A stretch of DNA of 64,000 nt, taken from positions 21,390,001 to 21,454,000 of the forward strand of contig NC_135761.1 in NCBI RefSeq assembly GCF_052425735.1. Reading direction: 5' to 3'. The translations under genes and the position numbers were made by a program. The DNA comes from Oculina patagonica. Lineage: Eukaryota. The number at the start of each line of letters is the position of its first letter. Positions within the stretch are counted from its first letter, which is position 1. Below are positions 31,925 to 43,396 of the stretch, in pieces. The notes beneath the pieces were generated by a model. It was not told the origin of the DNA, searched no databases, and worked only from the letters and a program-made list of their open reading frames with translations.

Positions 31925-32730
31925 TCGTCATTCATTTCGTTGCTATAATTTCCTGTTTTTCTGTCAGTAACTCATTAGGCACACAATGAAGACTTTGCAG
32001 GATTTAGTAATAGCATTCAGACCACAATTCAGTGTCTTCTCGAGAAAAGCCCACTCACAGGAAACTTATGCAGTCTTCATTTAAAACTTCAAAATCGAAT
32101 GGTAAGTTTTCTTTCCATGTATTTTCGATGTTTCTAGCTAGCACAACTTCAAAAAGATGCCAGGTATTTTTACATGACGAGACGAGGTATTTCGCGTAGA
32201 AAAACCGTTGGGAAGGGGTGGGGGAAGATTTCACCTTTCACCAGAAAAAGTTTAACAAAACATTGCAAAACACTGCACTGTGAAACGTCTATTTTGCGTG
32301 CAGATATAGTCTTTTTGTCTGTAAGAATTTCAATGGATCTGTTGATTTTGATGTCGCCATTCAGTTCGTTCTTATAATTTCCTGTTTTTCTCTCAGTAAT
32401 TCATTTAACAAAACATTGCAAAACGCTGCACTGAGAAACGTTAATCTTGACTGCAGATATAGTCCGTTGTCTGTAAGAGATTCTATAGATATGTTGATTT
32501 TGATGTCTCCATTCAATTCGTTCTTATAATTTCCTGTTTTCCTCTCAGTAATTCATTAGTCGTACAAGGCAGATTTTGCAGTATTTGTCGTCTCAAGAAA
32601 AGCCCACCAACACGAAACTTATGCAGTCTTTATTCAACGCTTCAAAACGGGATGGTAAGTTTTTTGCTATGTATGTCGATGTTTTTATCGCATGCAATTT
32701 AAAAAAAATGCCAGGTATTTTCATATAACG
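31925..32730 (+). repeat. Locally duplicated modules upstream of G1 (candidate promoter / non-coding first exons); a further partial copy at 34477-34620
   Basis: tataatttcctgtttt..tcagtaa at ~31945, ~32372 and ~32525; aacaaaacattgc..tgcagatatagtc..gtctgtaaga at ~32253, ~32407 and ~34478; donors ATG|GTAAGT at 32102 and 32655. Confidence 0.7.
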
Positions 32731-33373
32731 GGACTTGGTATCAAGACCCAAAAAAATCCCAAGGGCTTCCAACATAACCCCCAAAAATCCTTAAATCAAA
32801 AATTTACCTTTCAAAAATCAACAGCAAAACACGTTTGTTTGTAGTTTATTTGCAGAACTGTGCAGCCAAGGCACTACCACGAATCTTCAGATTATTTTAA
32901 ATACCCAAACACATCCCTACTTGTACTTGCAAAATTTTCCCACCTAAAAAATCCCGGAATCCAAAATTTCAAACCCAAAAAAATCCTTCGAGCATCCCCA
33001 TCACTTCAAATCCCGAGTACCATTGCATCGCAATTCGCCAGTTCGTGCGATATCGATCATTTTTCTTAGTGCAAATTTCCCTGAAAACCCCTGAGTTCCT
33101 TTGTTGTTTGTATACCTGCTTTCAATGTAAAAATGTCGTTCGCTGTAAATTTCTTTGAATTCTTCCCAAAAAGGCCAATACTTCATTTCCTGATAAACTC
33201 GGGCTGGTGTTTTTCCTTTAAGTGTGTTAAAAAAAATCTGACGATACGATATCTCGCGACCGAAGGAGGATACGGTTTTTTTCCACATTACAACCGTTCT
33301 TATACACGATCCAAATGCCAAACATCACGAAAGCAAAAAAGTCAATTTAATAAGATAGTAACTACGGTATAAA

Positions 33374-34368
33374 AAAAATACGAAGTAATAAGTTGACACT
33401 GGCTAAAAATATTGTTTTTGGACGTTTCGGCCACTACTGTTGCCTTCTTTAGCAAAATAAAAATGCAAATGTTCAACGGCGTCCTGTTAAAAATCTGTAA
33501 CGAATGTGTGATAAAAACTAAGGGTGCGTTTCTTTGGGAAAATCCAAAATTGGATCATTGATCTCAGATCACACGGATACTTTGCTTTCAAAGAAACGAA
33601 GAATCCGAAAACGGATTTTTTGCCATGACAACCCCGTAAACACATTTCGCACAGAACACAAAATATCAGTACAAAATTTATTTTTCGTCGAATGTATCCA
33701 AGCTAAAATAATTTAAGCATACAAAATCTTTTACAAAAACCACACGTCGACTGAGTAGATCTTCTTTAGCGTTAAGCACAATGTGGCGAGAAAGCATCTG
33801 AGAGCGAAGAATGAGTTGCGAAATGATCAGTGCAAATTTCACTCGTGACAATTTTAAAAGGATACAAAATGGCACAAAATGGCTGTTCTAGAAAACCTGT
33901 ATCCTGTTTAAAATGATACTACATACCTATCTGAAGCTACCGTTTCCTTTTATCGTGAAAAATTTTTGTATTTTGATCGAAATAACCGCCTAAAACTTTC
34001 CGTATGGCAGTGTTAACAAAGAGCGAACTTGTATTTTCACAGCAAAGACCGCTGGGCCAAGGTACTTTTTCGAATCCTTTCCCAAAAAAACGCACGGATC
34101 ATGAATCCTAAAAATCCGGATTCAGATATGATCTGATGTATCCACTCGAAGTGTGGATTCTTCAGATCATTGATCCAAGATTAATCCATTTTCGGAAATA
34201 GGTAAAGAAACGCAAAATCCGTTTTTGGATCAAGAATCCGGATTTGGATTTTTCCCAAAGAAACGCACCCTTTTAAATTTTATGAACTTTCCGAGTGCAA
34301 CAAGTAAGTGGCCGAAACGTCCAAAAACAATATTTTTAGCTAGTGTCAACTTATTAATTTGTATTTTT
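33374..34368. mobile_element. Penelope-like inverted pLTR pair (33374-33443 / 34297-34368) with a minimal hammerhead relic (33416-33457, minus strand)
   Basis: ~70-bp inverted repeat; the minus strand reads ttttg-CTAAAGA-aggcaacagtagtggcc-GAAACGTC-caaaa. Confidence 0.65.
33522..34270. mobile_element. PIF/Harbinger-type MITE nested inside the pLTR inverted repeat
   Basis: gggtgcgtttctttgggaaaatccaaa...tttggatttttcccaaagaaacgcaccc; TAA on the left flank. Confidence 0.8.
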
Positions 34369-35097
34369 AACATGCCTGGCTACAACCCGAACATTTTTTA
34401 TATAGTGATACATGTATATTAAGCTCCGATCCATTTTGGTCGATCGCGAAACTTTGAAGTCTGTGTGCTGAAATAATAACAAAACATTGCAGTGACAAAC
34501 GTTTTTCTTCCATGCAGATATAGTCCTTTTGTCTGTAAGAGATTCTCTGGATCAGTCTGTCTGGATTTGTTGAATTCTGAAGGCTGCTTTATGTCTAAAA
34601 CGGAAAATCTGCAAGGTATGACGAAATTGAATTTTTGAAATAGCTGTTCCAGAACTTAATGGAAATTAGCTAATTAACAAATAATGCAAATTAGCCGGTA
34701 TAACGTTTTAAGATGGTGTTTTTTCTTAGCTTTAATACACCAGATGTCGTCTTAAATAAGTTTACGAAAAGAGACTGAAGGTTTTCGTTTTATTGTTTTA
34801 AGTGCCTATTGTACATGTCTCGCTAAGTCTAACCTAGTTCCGATTTTCTACGGTCAGGATCAGCAAATGCATATTTATTTCATTACTCAAAGGCATATTT
34901 TAGCCGGTAATGTTGAGACAGCTTGTAACTTTGAAGCTGTTTTAAAGTGGAATTCTGAACTATATACCTTTTAAGTAACGAAGTACTGCATAATTGAATC
35001 ATTGGTCGTTACGTACAGACATTGTTAAAAGTAAGTAGACGTATATTTTGCCTTCCGCATATCAAGTCGAAAAAAAACTTTTTTTAAAACATTTCAA

Positions 35098-35632
35098 TAG
35101 TCCGGCGGCTTAGCTTCTGAATTGTGCGGTTTTTGATACAAGCACCAAATTTTTTAGGATTACAAGCCTTCACGTATTAATCAATTCTCGATATAGTGCC
35201 AACGCCAATTTCCCATTTTCAGATAGTAATCAGCAATGAAATTTTCAGCCAAGAGGCCCCTCCCCCACGCGTCCAGCTCTCGCGAATCATTCCACGATCA
35301 CAGCGTTCGCAGTTCGCTAACAGAAGAAATATACGAAAATATATAGGGCTGTAAACAGTCTAAATTAAAGCATTTCATTTTAAATTTTGTAAGTGCGACT
35401 TGGTATCACTACCTAACATAATAGTATTTGTCTATAAAACAGGATAAACAAATATTTCACGAAATTTCATTTATTTTAATACATTGTGGTTTCCATGGAA
35501 ACTGGCGTTTTTCGGGCTTGGCACTATATCTGAAAAAACTTCTGTTGGTGACCACTTTCAGTGTGCCAAATTTCATGCTTGTATCAAAAAGTGCACAATT
35601 CGACTAAAATTTCGAGCTTAGCCGCCGGACTA
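35098..35632. mobile_element. TIR element (tagtccggcggcttagct...agcttagccgccggacta)
   Basis: ~50-bp imperfect TIR including ttttgatacaagca / tgcttgtatcaaaa. Confidence 0.75.
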
Positions 35633-36123
35633 CAAATTTATACGAAAGGCGGAATATTTGAAGGCGACTAATACCACCGAAGTTCGCGTAACATTTCAGT
35701 TCTTTGTCAAAGGACTTTATCCAGGTTAGATAGTGCAAGTAACTTTTTATCTTTATCATTTTTAGGTGAAAGAGAAACAAAAAAGCTGCCAATCTGTCAG
35801 GAGTTTTCAGATGTTCGCTCAATAATTTAACTGGAGGTAAGAAGGGGTTTTAAAGATATTCGTATAGAAAAATATTAATAATGTAAATGAAGCTTTGAGC
35901 TAAAATGGCTACTTTCCAGGCGATGGAATTAAACTGAAAATACACGTAAATAAGATTTTCATAAAAAAAATGCTTTACAATATATAACTATTTTTTTTAA
36001 TTTTCGGAAAATCCTTAATATAAATAGTCGCTAAATCTTGCACAGAAAAAATCACTAAAAGTAGTAGCCGTTAACAATAATAAAATTAACGTAGCTAACA
36101 AGAGCTTTCTCTACCCTAGGTTT

Positions 36124-37119
36124 ATGGCCGATATAAACGTTTCCTCTTCTGACGCCGGAATCAGTAATCACACCACTCAGCACCGAGATGGAGATGAGGA
36201 AAGCTGTTACATCCCTGGAGTGTCACAAACGTTGCAACGAGATTACTTCTATTACACTAATGTAGTGTTGACACCGGTCAATACGCTGTTAGGTATCTGG
36301 ATTGTCCTGTCAAACGGGTTAATCTTGATAGCGATTCTAAAGGGCGGAATGCGAATTCGTCCAGGATTTCTGTTGCTGTGTAGTTTGACCTTGACTGATC
36401 TTCTGTGGGGAGGGCTGGTGACCCCAGTGTATTTAAAATATAGGGTTCAGGAAATTATCAACAGCCAAGTTTGCGCGTTAAATCGCAGCGAGAGGGATGA
36501 CCCTGTGATGGTTGCATCCTTTTTCTTGTGTTTGCTCGGCACTGTAGGTAGCCTTGCTGTGATAAGCTTGGATCGTTACTTAGCTGTTGCTAAGGCAATG
36601 TGGTATAAGGTCTCTGTAAAACTCTGGCACGCCTGCCTGGAGTGCTTTGGGGTGTGGCTTCTCTCCATTTTTATTATCACAGCCAAGATAACCCGCATTG
36701 TACCACAGAATGTAGTAGAGGTGCTAGAGGCCTGTTATGTGATAGCAATCTCCTTTTTCATTGTCATCGTTCAGGGTTTGACGCTTTATGTTTTAAATAA
36801 GCATAACAATTCCGTGGCCCAGAATAGCGACCCAGCAGCGGACCCGGGGCAGGGGAACAATCCAGTTCATACAACTGCAGCCATTGAGCGCAAATTAACT
36901 GTCACAACAAGTTGGGTTGCGGGGGAACTTGTCCTGGTGTTGATTCCTTGTGCTATAGTTGTAGTTATTTCAAAGACAGCCAATCCAGCCACCTTTATGT
37001 TTATGGAACCGTTGTATTTTCCAATCGCCTCGATAATCTCCAGTATAAACCCAGTGTTGTACCACCGTCGAAACCCTCAAATACGACAAAGTGTATCTAA
37101 GCTGTTCAAATGTCAATAA
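36124..37119 (+). CDS. Orphan class A (rhodopsin-like) GPCR G1, single coding exon, 331 aa
   Basis: Seven hydrophobic segments; SNGL (TM1), SLTLTD (TM2), DRY (TM3), W (TM4), ERKL..T (ICL3/TM6), NPVLY (TM7); N-glycosylation sequons NVS and NHT; splice acceptor ccctAG at 36118-36119 just before the ATG. Confidence 0.93.
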   Translation: MADINVSSSDAGISNHTTQHRDGDEESCYIPGVSQTLQRDYFYYTNVVLTPVNTLLGIWIVLSNGLILIAILKGGMRIRPGFLLLCSLTLTDLLWGGLVTPVYLKYRVQEIINSQVCALNRSERDDPVMVASFFLCLLGTVGSLAVISLDRYLAVAKAMWYKVSVKLWHACLECFGVWLLSIFIITAKITRIVPQNVVEVLEACYVIAISFFIVIVQGLTLYVLNKHNNSVAQNSDPAADPGQGNNPVHTTAAIERKLTVTTSWVAGELVLVLIPCAIVVVISKTANPATFMFMEPLYFPIASIISSINPVLYHRRNPQIRQSVSKLFKCQ

Positions 37120-38884
37120 ACGTGTTCTTTGCTTGTTGTGATCCACCAGCGAGTTTGAGTTTTGTTTTATTGTTTCTTTTACCTTTCCTTTCTCTTCCTG
37201 GGGAAGTCCAATCAAAAAGCGAAAAAAGAGGCTCGTGTCGAGTGAATGAAATGCTGTGATTGTACACTGTTACCATAACGCACAGTGGGCGCCGGGTATA
37301 TTTTTGGGTGGGGTGTGCCGCTGGGACTTTAAAACCCCTACCCTCTACCAGGTCATATTCAGCTGATTTTGCAACCCTCTACTAGACTAGACACCAAAAA
37401 ACTCCACCCTATTCCAGACTCCCTTTTACCGAATTGTAATGAGGTATTAAAATGACTTGACTTCACTCACTTATCAAACCACAATTAATTTATGCATTAA
37501 ACGGTAAACGTGGTGACAGAAAGGTCCTTTATACGCATTCAGCACATGTCAATCAGAAACAATTTATTCTCCAATCTCATTCCCAGGGTCTCTCTCTTCC
37601 AGGGAACAAGGTTGATTATTTACATGAGAAATTTTTCAAAATGCGACCACTGAAGGGGTTTATTTACTAATTAATCCATAATATTGAAAACCTAAACAAA
37701 TGCAAAAATTTAAAATAACTGTCAAAGATACATGTCAAAATCGCGAGAATTATTGCTTGGAAATATTCCTGCATACGTCTACACCGAGGTGAGGCAATTT
37801 TCACGCTCCTATTTGTCGGCCACGGTAAATCAGTGAATGTACAGTGCAAACACTGCATATGTGTTGTGTTAGTCAAAGCCTTTTTTGTAAAACAAAAAAG
37901 TAAAATGGCAGGTGATAGATTTGTTAGTTTCGTTTGTTTTTATTAAAAGTACTGAAAAATATATTTCGTTTTGCATCGATTCTTTTGCAGATTTCGTTTT
38001 CGTTTATCACATCGGGCTCGACAAGCGAGAATGCGTGAAGTGGTCACAGATTTTTAAAAATCAGCCAACTTGTCGAATAGAAGTCGCGCGCGTATGGGAT
38101 CGCCATTCAATATAGCCGTGAGTGGCTAGTCCACCGCGCGTTAACCCGAACTAAGGGGGTAGAACAACAAAAGCGCCATTTACGTAGGCTTACCCAGGCT
38201 ACATTCAAACGAGATAGCTTGCGAACATGCTCCCAAAGGCAAAGCTCGACTCGCTTCGCTCGCTTATTTCTTTTTTCGTCCTGTCGCAACTTGGGAGCGT
38301 GCTCGCAAGTTAAAACCTGAGCCGATTTTCGTCCGGATTTATCGTGGCCGACAAATTGTAGCGTGCTAATTAGTTTGATTCAGAAAATCAGTGGAACAAA
38401 TCGCATTGGTCATTAATTTTATAAAGTATATTTTGGGGTGTAATATCTTTTTTAACTTTTGTGATAAAAAAGTCGAGGCTGCCGATCTATGATTCTCGCA
38501 GCATGTAGACCTGTCTGATGGACATAACTGTTGTAGTTCAATTTTATCCTAAGCTAAAATGACAATTTCCTTTGTTTCCTTTTTTTCTTTGTTTCAAACT
38601 CATGTTTTGTGTATGATAATGAATCACAGGAAAATCCAATTTGAACCAAGGATAAAATTGAATTACAACATCTACAAATTCGACCCTATCTTGTTCACAG
38701 AAAATTATTTTAGTTTTTACAAGAGCGTTTCCTTACAATAGACGTCAATCTGTTGCACTTTAGACTGAAATCTTTATGTCCAAAATTTCACAAATGTGTA
38801 AGTTCGCTTTCAAAATTTCATTGAATTTGTTTCCGTGTTGGCCAAGGATTAACAACTGCACAATCTAAATTTCGGTACAATTAA

Positions 38885-39465
38885 AATTTACTGATCGATG
38901 GTATACTGCTAGCTACATAGATATTACCCAAATAGTTTCCTTTAAATGTTAGAAAACGTCCTAAATATTTTGAACAAATTTTGGTCGTGCATGCGCGCCT
39001 TTTTTCTAATGTTAAATTTAGAAATTATTGTTTTACCTTTTTTTTGCCAGAGACTCGTGGGGAATTTCATTTTAAGTTTCTTCTGTTCAGGATTATGTAA
39101 AAAGGCCAGATTAAAAGAAAAAGTTACTTTTAGAATATTGCATTATCTTCAAATGCAAACCGTTAAATTTACCGATCGTTGGTATACTCCTAGCTACATG
39201 GATATAACCTAAAGTGTTTCCTTCAAATGCATGTTAGGAAACTTTCTAAATATTTTAAACAAATTTCGGTGCATGCGCGCCTTTTTTTCTAATGTTTTTA
39301 AATTCAGAAATTAATGTTTTACTAGATCTTCCACTTTCTTTGCAAAAGACTCGCGGGAAATGTTATTTTAAGTTTGTTCTGTTCAGGATTATGTAAAACG
39401 GTCAGATGAAAAGACAAAATTACTTTCAGAATATTGCATTATCGTCAAAAACAAACCGTTGAAAT
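38885..39465 (+). repeat. ~281-bp tandem repeat, 2 copies, upstream of G2
   Basis: gatcg.tggtatac..ctagctacat at 38893 and 39174. Confidence 0.8.
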
Positions 39466-40258
39466 GAACATGACACATTTGCTCCACGCCGCCACGAAAT
39501 TGACAAATCGTTGAAACAAATCAGGTTTTATTTGAGAAATTGAGAAATATTCGTTTAGCTGCAACTGAGCCTTACGCGTGAAGATATCCGGCGAGGACCT
39601 CGAGGAGTTCGTTGGTGTGATTGTGGTAGATTGTAAACCGAATCTTAGCTTAGACGGTAAGGTTTAGACATTTCGACTTTTGTCTCTTTCATATTGAAAA
39701 TGCGTAATTTTCCTGTAATGAGGTATTTAGGGGTGAGCACAGTGGTGTGATTCCACGTTTGTGAACGGTCGATAAATGCTTAGTATTTTTACATTATCCG
39801 AACGCCAAACATCACGAAAATGTCAATTTAACACGATACTATGATAAAATAAGATAGTAACTACGGTAAACGATATTAGTTTTATAATTAGTGCCGAAAA
39901 TATCGCGAGCGCAGCGTAAAATTGGTTTGTCAAGATATTCCGTCTCGTGAGTGGGTTCAAACATCTTTGAAACTTCCTTGGAAGTCTTCGGGAAACTTCC
40001 TTTAACATCGGAATAGTTCGAAAATGATAGGAAACGTTCGTATGACCTTCAAAAAACAATTTGTGAATCTTTGCAAATCTCATCTCGGTCTAGAAACTGT
40101 TCGGAAAACAAAACGTTGCTAGAACGGAAAAACGTTGCACCTGCCGAGTATTTTTAGGACAGCCCCTCCCCCCTCCCCCTACGTTCCAAAACGCTCCGCC
40201 GCCTCTGCCTACTGTGTTTCTGTAACAAAACTTTTTCATCTCTTTTCACAGCGTGAAC

Positions 40259-41233
40259 ATGAGGCCGAATTTGACTACAAATGACACGCAGATTGCTTTT
40301 CCAGGCCTGGCAATGGAGCAGGCAAAGCGACCGTGTTTTTCCTCAGGAATCTCACAAACTTTCCAGCTTCACTTCTTTTATTACTCCAACTTTTTTCTCG
40401 TACCGGTCACCACTTTGTTAGGTCTGTGGTGTTTCCTGTCAAACGGGTTAGTCCTGATTGCCATTCTCAGGGGTGGCCTTCGAATCAGGCCAGGGTTTCT
40501 GTTGCTGTGTAGTTTGACTCTGACTGATGTCGTGTGGGGAGGGCTGGTTACCCCCGTGTATGTTAGATTCAGGGTCAAGGAGTTGCTTTCTGGCAAGGCG
40601 TGCACCAATCCTGGCGATTTGGATTCGCCTCTTATGGCTACATTTTTCTTTTTATGCTTTTATTCTACGCTGGGTAATCTTGGAGTGATAAGCGTGGATC
40701 GCTACTTAGCAGTCGCTAAACCAATGTGGTACAAAACGACCGTCACGATACAGCATGCTATTTTTGCTTGCAGCGGAGTGTGGCTGGCATCAATTTCAAT
40801 GGTGATTTCATGGCAAGTGGAAGTGTTTCCTCACAAAGCGAGCGAGATCTTTCGAACGTGTTTCGTTATCCTCTTCTCTTGTCTGGTTGTAGGTGTTCAG
40901 ATATTAACTCTTGTGACCCTTCGTAAGCATAACAATGCAGTCGCACAGGTAATGGAGGAAACCGCTCGGGTAAATCCTGTTACCGCTAATAATGCAATCG
41001 AGCGCCAGCTAGCAGCGACAACTCGCCATGTTGTCTGTTTACTGGTTTTGTTGATAATTCCCACGGCGTTTCTGGTGGGTTTATCACAGATTCTAAGGGT
41101 GAAAATCTATTCATTTGTAAGGCCCTTATTCTATCCTACCACCACTCTTTGCTCTGGTATAAACCCCGTGTTGTATTACAGAGGAAATGTCCAGATTAAA
41201 GATGGAATCACTGAACTTGTCAAATGGCAGTAA
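40259..41233 (+). CDS. Orphan class A GPCR G2, single coding exon, 324 aa. The ATG is at 40259; the GTG start in the ORF track lies just after a splice acceptor
   Basis: 7TM with SNGL, LTLTD, DRY, NPVLY; acceptor tcttttcacAG at 40250-40251; candidate upstream donor ACG|GTAAGG at 39657. Confidence 0.93.
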   Translation: MRPNLTTNDTQIAFPGLAMEQAKRPCFSSGISQTFQLHFFYYSNFFLVPVTTLLGLWCFLSNGLVLIAILRGGLRIRPGFLLLCSLTLTDVVWGGLVTPVYVRFRVKELLSGKACTNPGDLDSPLMATFFFLCFYSTLGNLGVISVDRYLAVAKPMWYKTTVTIQHAIFACSGVWLASISMVISWQVEVFPHKASEIFRTCFVILFSCLVVGVQILTLVTLRKHNNAVAQVMEETARVNPVTANNAIERQLAATTRHVVCLLVLLIIPTAFLVGLSQILRVKIYSFVRPLFYPTTTLCSGINPVLYYRGNVQIKDGITELVKWQ

Positions 41234-41822
41234 ATGCGAGATGTCGAGTGATGGCAGTTATCCTTATTTTAGTTCTCGTTCAAGTAGATACTACATGGCA
41301 GCTGATCATGACTAAACTTTGTGTCCCTGAGTTACGCTGAAATCGAACCTATTAAAGACTACCTTATTAAAGGAAATTGCTAAAGTCGGGTTAATTTTTG
41401 CTAACGTTTTATTTTCGCGCCGTTAACTACGTGACGTGTAGCGTTTACACATGTGTTTACTAATTTCCATTATTTCGGCCCCAATTTCTCAATACAGTCA
41501 AGACGTTCTTGTCTCCTAGGAAAGGGCATTATTTCATCAGGGTGGAAGTATTGGTATCACTGAAACTGTGATGAACGCTCGAGGTGGTTAGATTTCTTCT
41601 CTAACCCCTAAGTTTAGGATAATTCGCTTAGTGATGAAATAAACTTATCAGTTCCTGTTGTCGTAACAAGCGTTTTCTTTGTATACGTCGTGTTACTTTC
41701 CTTCACTTTAAAATTTTACCCTCTCTTTCGCGTTGATTTTCTTGATTTAGTTGGAAAGTAATTTTTCCTTCAAATTCCAGTTAAAGTCGCATTAATTTCA
41801 AATGCCTTAACTAACACATACG

Positions 41823-42786
41823 TTAAAGAGACACTGTCACCAGTTTCACTTCATAAATCAAGAGCCTAAAGACATATGGAAACTAAGAATAGTGATCCAG
41901 TTTTGTTAAAAATCACCATGTGAGTGCACTTAAGCGATAAACGAGTGAGTATTTTGTGATGTCTTCAGGTATTGGATCTCAATTTGAAAAAGTCAGGCTG
42001 ATTTTTTCAAGTTTTGTCCTTTTGGAGTGGAAGAACACCTAAAAATTAACAACAACAATTTACTTTATTATCTCCATGTTGATGTACTAGGTGCATTTCA
42101 TTACGAGAAGACCTATTGGCCAATAGGCCATTTCCGATATATTAAAATTCTAACTTGGCTCCGAGGTTTGGGGGAATAAAACAAAAGATATCACGTCGAG
42201 GTTCAGGAATGAATAAATCATTTCTTTTGTTTTGTTTTACTCCCCTAGCCTCGCAGCCACGTTAGAATATTAATATATCGGAATTGGCCTATTTTAGTAC
42301 GTTTTGCCGAAAAGCATTAAAATCCCCGTGACAGTGTAATACAAGGAGGCAAGCGTGGCCGAGTGGCTTAGGGCGCTGGTGTTGTAATCCGGAGATCCCC
42401 GGTTCAAGACCTGCCCCTGCCACTAGCTGGACTTGTTTCTCGGTTGTCCCGAGTTCAAATCCTCGACCACGCTTTGTATATAGCTGTTGTGGTTCAATTT
42501 TATCCTTGGTTCAAATTTTATTTTCCTTTGTTTTTGGGTATGGTAATGTGTGATAATGAGTTAAAAACAAAGGAAAATAAAATTTGAACCAAGGAAAAAA
42601 TTGAACCACAACATAGCCAACTGGTCTGCCTCCTGCCAGTTGGGATCTTTAACCTTGTTATGTTCATTTATAAATTATTAGTTTCCTCTGTTTCAGTGGC
42701 ATGCCTGTAAACTAGCTATCTCGTTGAGATGTGAAGCTAAGTGCATGACCACTATAAACATATATATATATATAGTGTCTCTTTAA
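41823..42786. mobile_element. TTAA-flanked TIR element (Kolobok-like) carrying nested insertions
   Basis: TTAA-agagacactgtcac...gtgacagtgt[SINE]agtgtctct-TTAA. Contains a MITE at 42122-42292 (aataggcca..tggcctatt) and a SINE at 42345-42772. Confidence 0.65.
42345..42772 (+). mobile_element. tRNA-derived SINE, itself interrupted by a MITE at ~42485-42613; related copies at ~46380-46620 (+) and ~50540-50715 (-)
   Basis: ggaggcaagcgtggccgagtggcttagggcgc (A box)...ggttcaagacc (B box); body ccaactggtctgcctcctgccagttggg; (TA)n tail. The inserted hairpin tgttgtggttcaattttatcc...ttgaaccacaaca has a relative at 38529-38670. Confidence 0.75.
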
Positions 42787-43284
42787 TTTCCTATAATAAG
42801 GTAGGATGTTTTTTCAGCTTTCTTTTTGCATACTTTGAAACTTAATTCATAACTGCAAAGTGAGTTTTGAATATTGTAAAATTAATATATAAAATAAACT
42901 AAAAGGAGTAATTCATCTTATTAACAAAACATGTCTTCCATATCACTTCATTTATGTATTGTAGTTTCTAACTTTCTTCAAAATATTGGCATACAAAAAA
43001 ACTCACACGTGCAGCCTCGTATGCATAAAATCTAACAGAACGACGAACAGTATACGAATTAGCAAGAAGACAAAAAGTTACGATTTTATTATAACACACT
43101 ATTTAAAGTCCTCATTGACTGTGAAGTTGGTTAATGTCAGGTTAAATAATTATTAGGTTGTGTCTTACATGCCTTAAATGATCTAATAAACGCCTCCCCT
43201 GAAGTGTAAAGTTTGTACAGTGTATTAGACGCCCCCCTGTAATAAACGCCTCGTATCCTATAGACGCCCCCTCCAAAATTCACC

Positions 43285-43396
43285 TAGCCTGCGTAGCAGG
43301 CGTCTGTGTAGTTTTCAGCGCGCGCGCCTTTCGCGTTTCTCCCATACGCGCGCTACAAAACCTACTCATCTTCATTATTTATTACCGAGCAGGCTA
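43285..43396. mobile_element. TAG-terminal MITE with 9-bp TSD AAATTCACC
   Basis: tagcctgc...gcaggcta; TSD at 43276-43284 and 43397-43405; absent from the mirrored arm near 44434-44450. Confidence 0.8.

Larger units (their letters stand above)
37793..41875 (+). repeat. Segmental direct duplication unit (promoter + G2 + 3' flank), paralogous to ~47883-52697
   Basis: Colinear matches from cacgctcct..tttgtcg..acggta (37802/47890) to tcaagagccta..gacat (41858/52681). The central intron part differs. Confidence 0.85.

Noticed and set aside
40253-40258. GTG starts given for G2, G3 and G4 in the ORF track
   Set aside because: Prokaryotic-style start calls; an in-frame ATG follows two codons later, just after a splice acceptor.
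42345-42420. Possible tRNA gene
   Set aside because: A/B boxes are present but no clean cloverleaf or poly-T terminator; it continues into a SINE body found elsewhere in the window.
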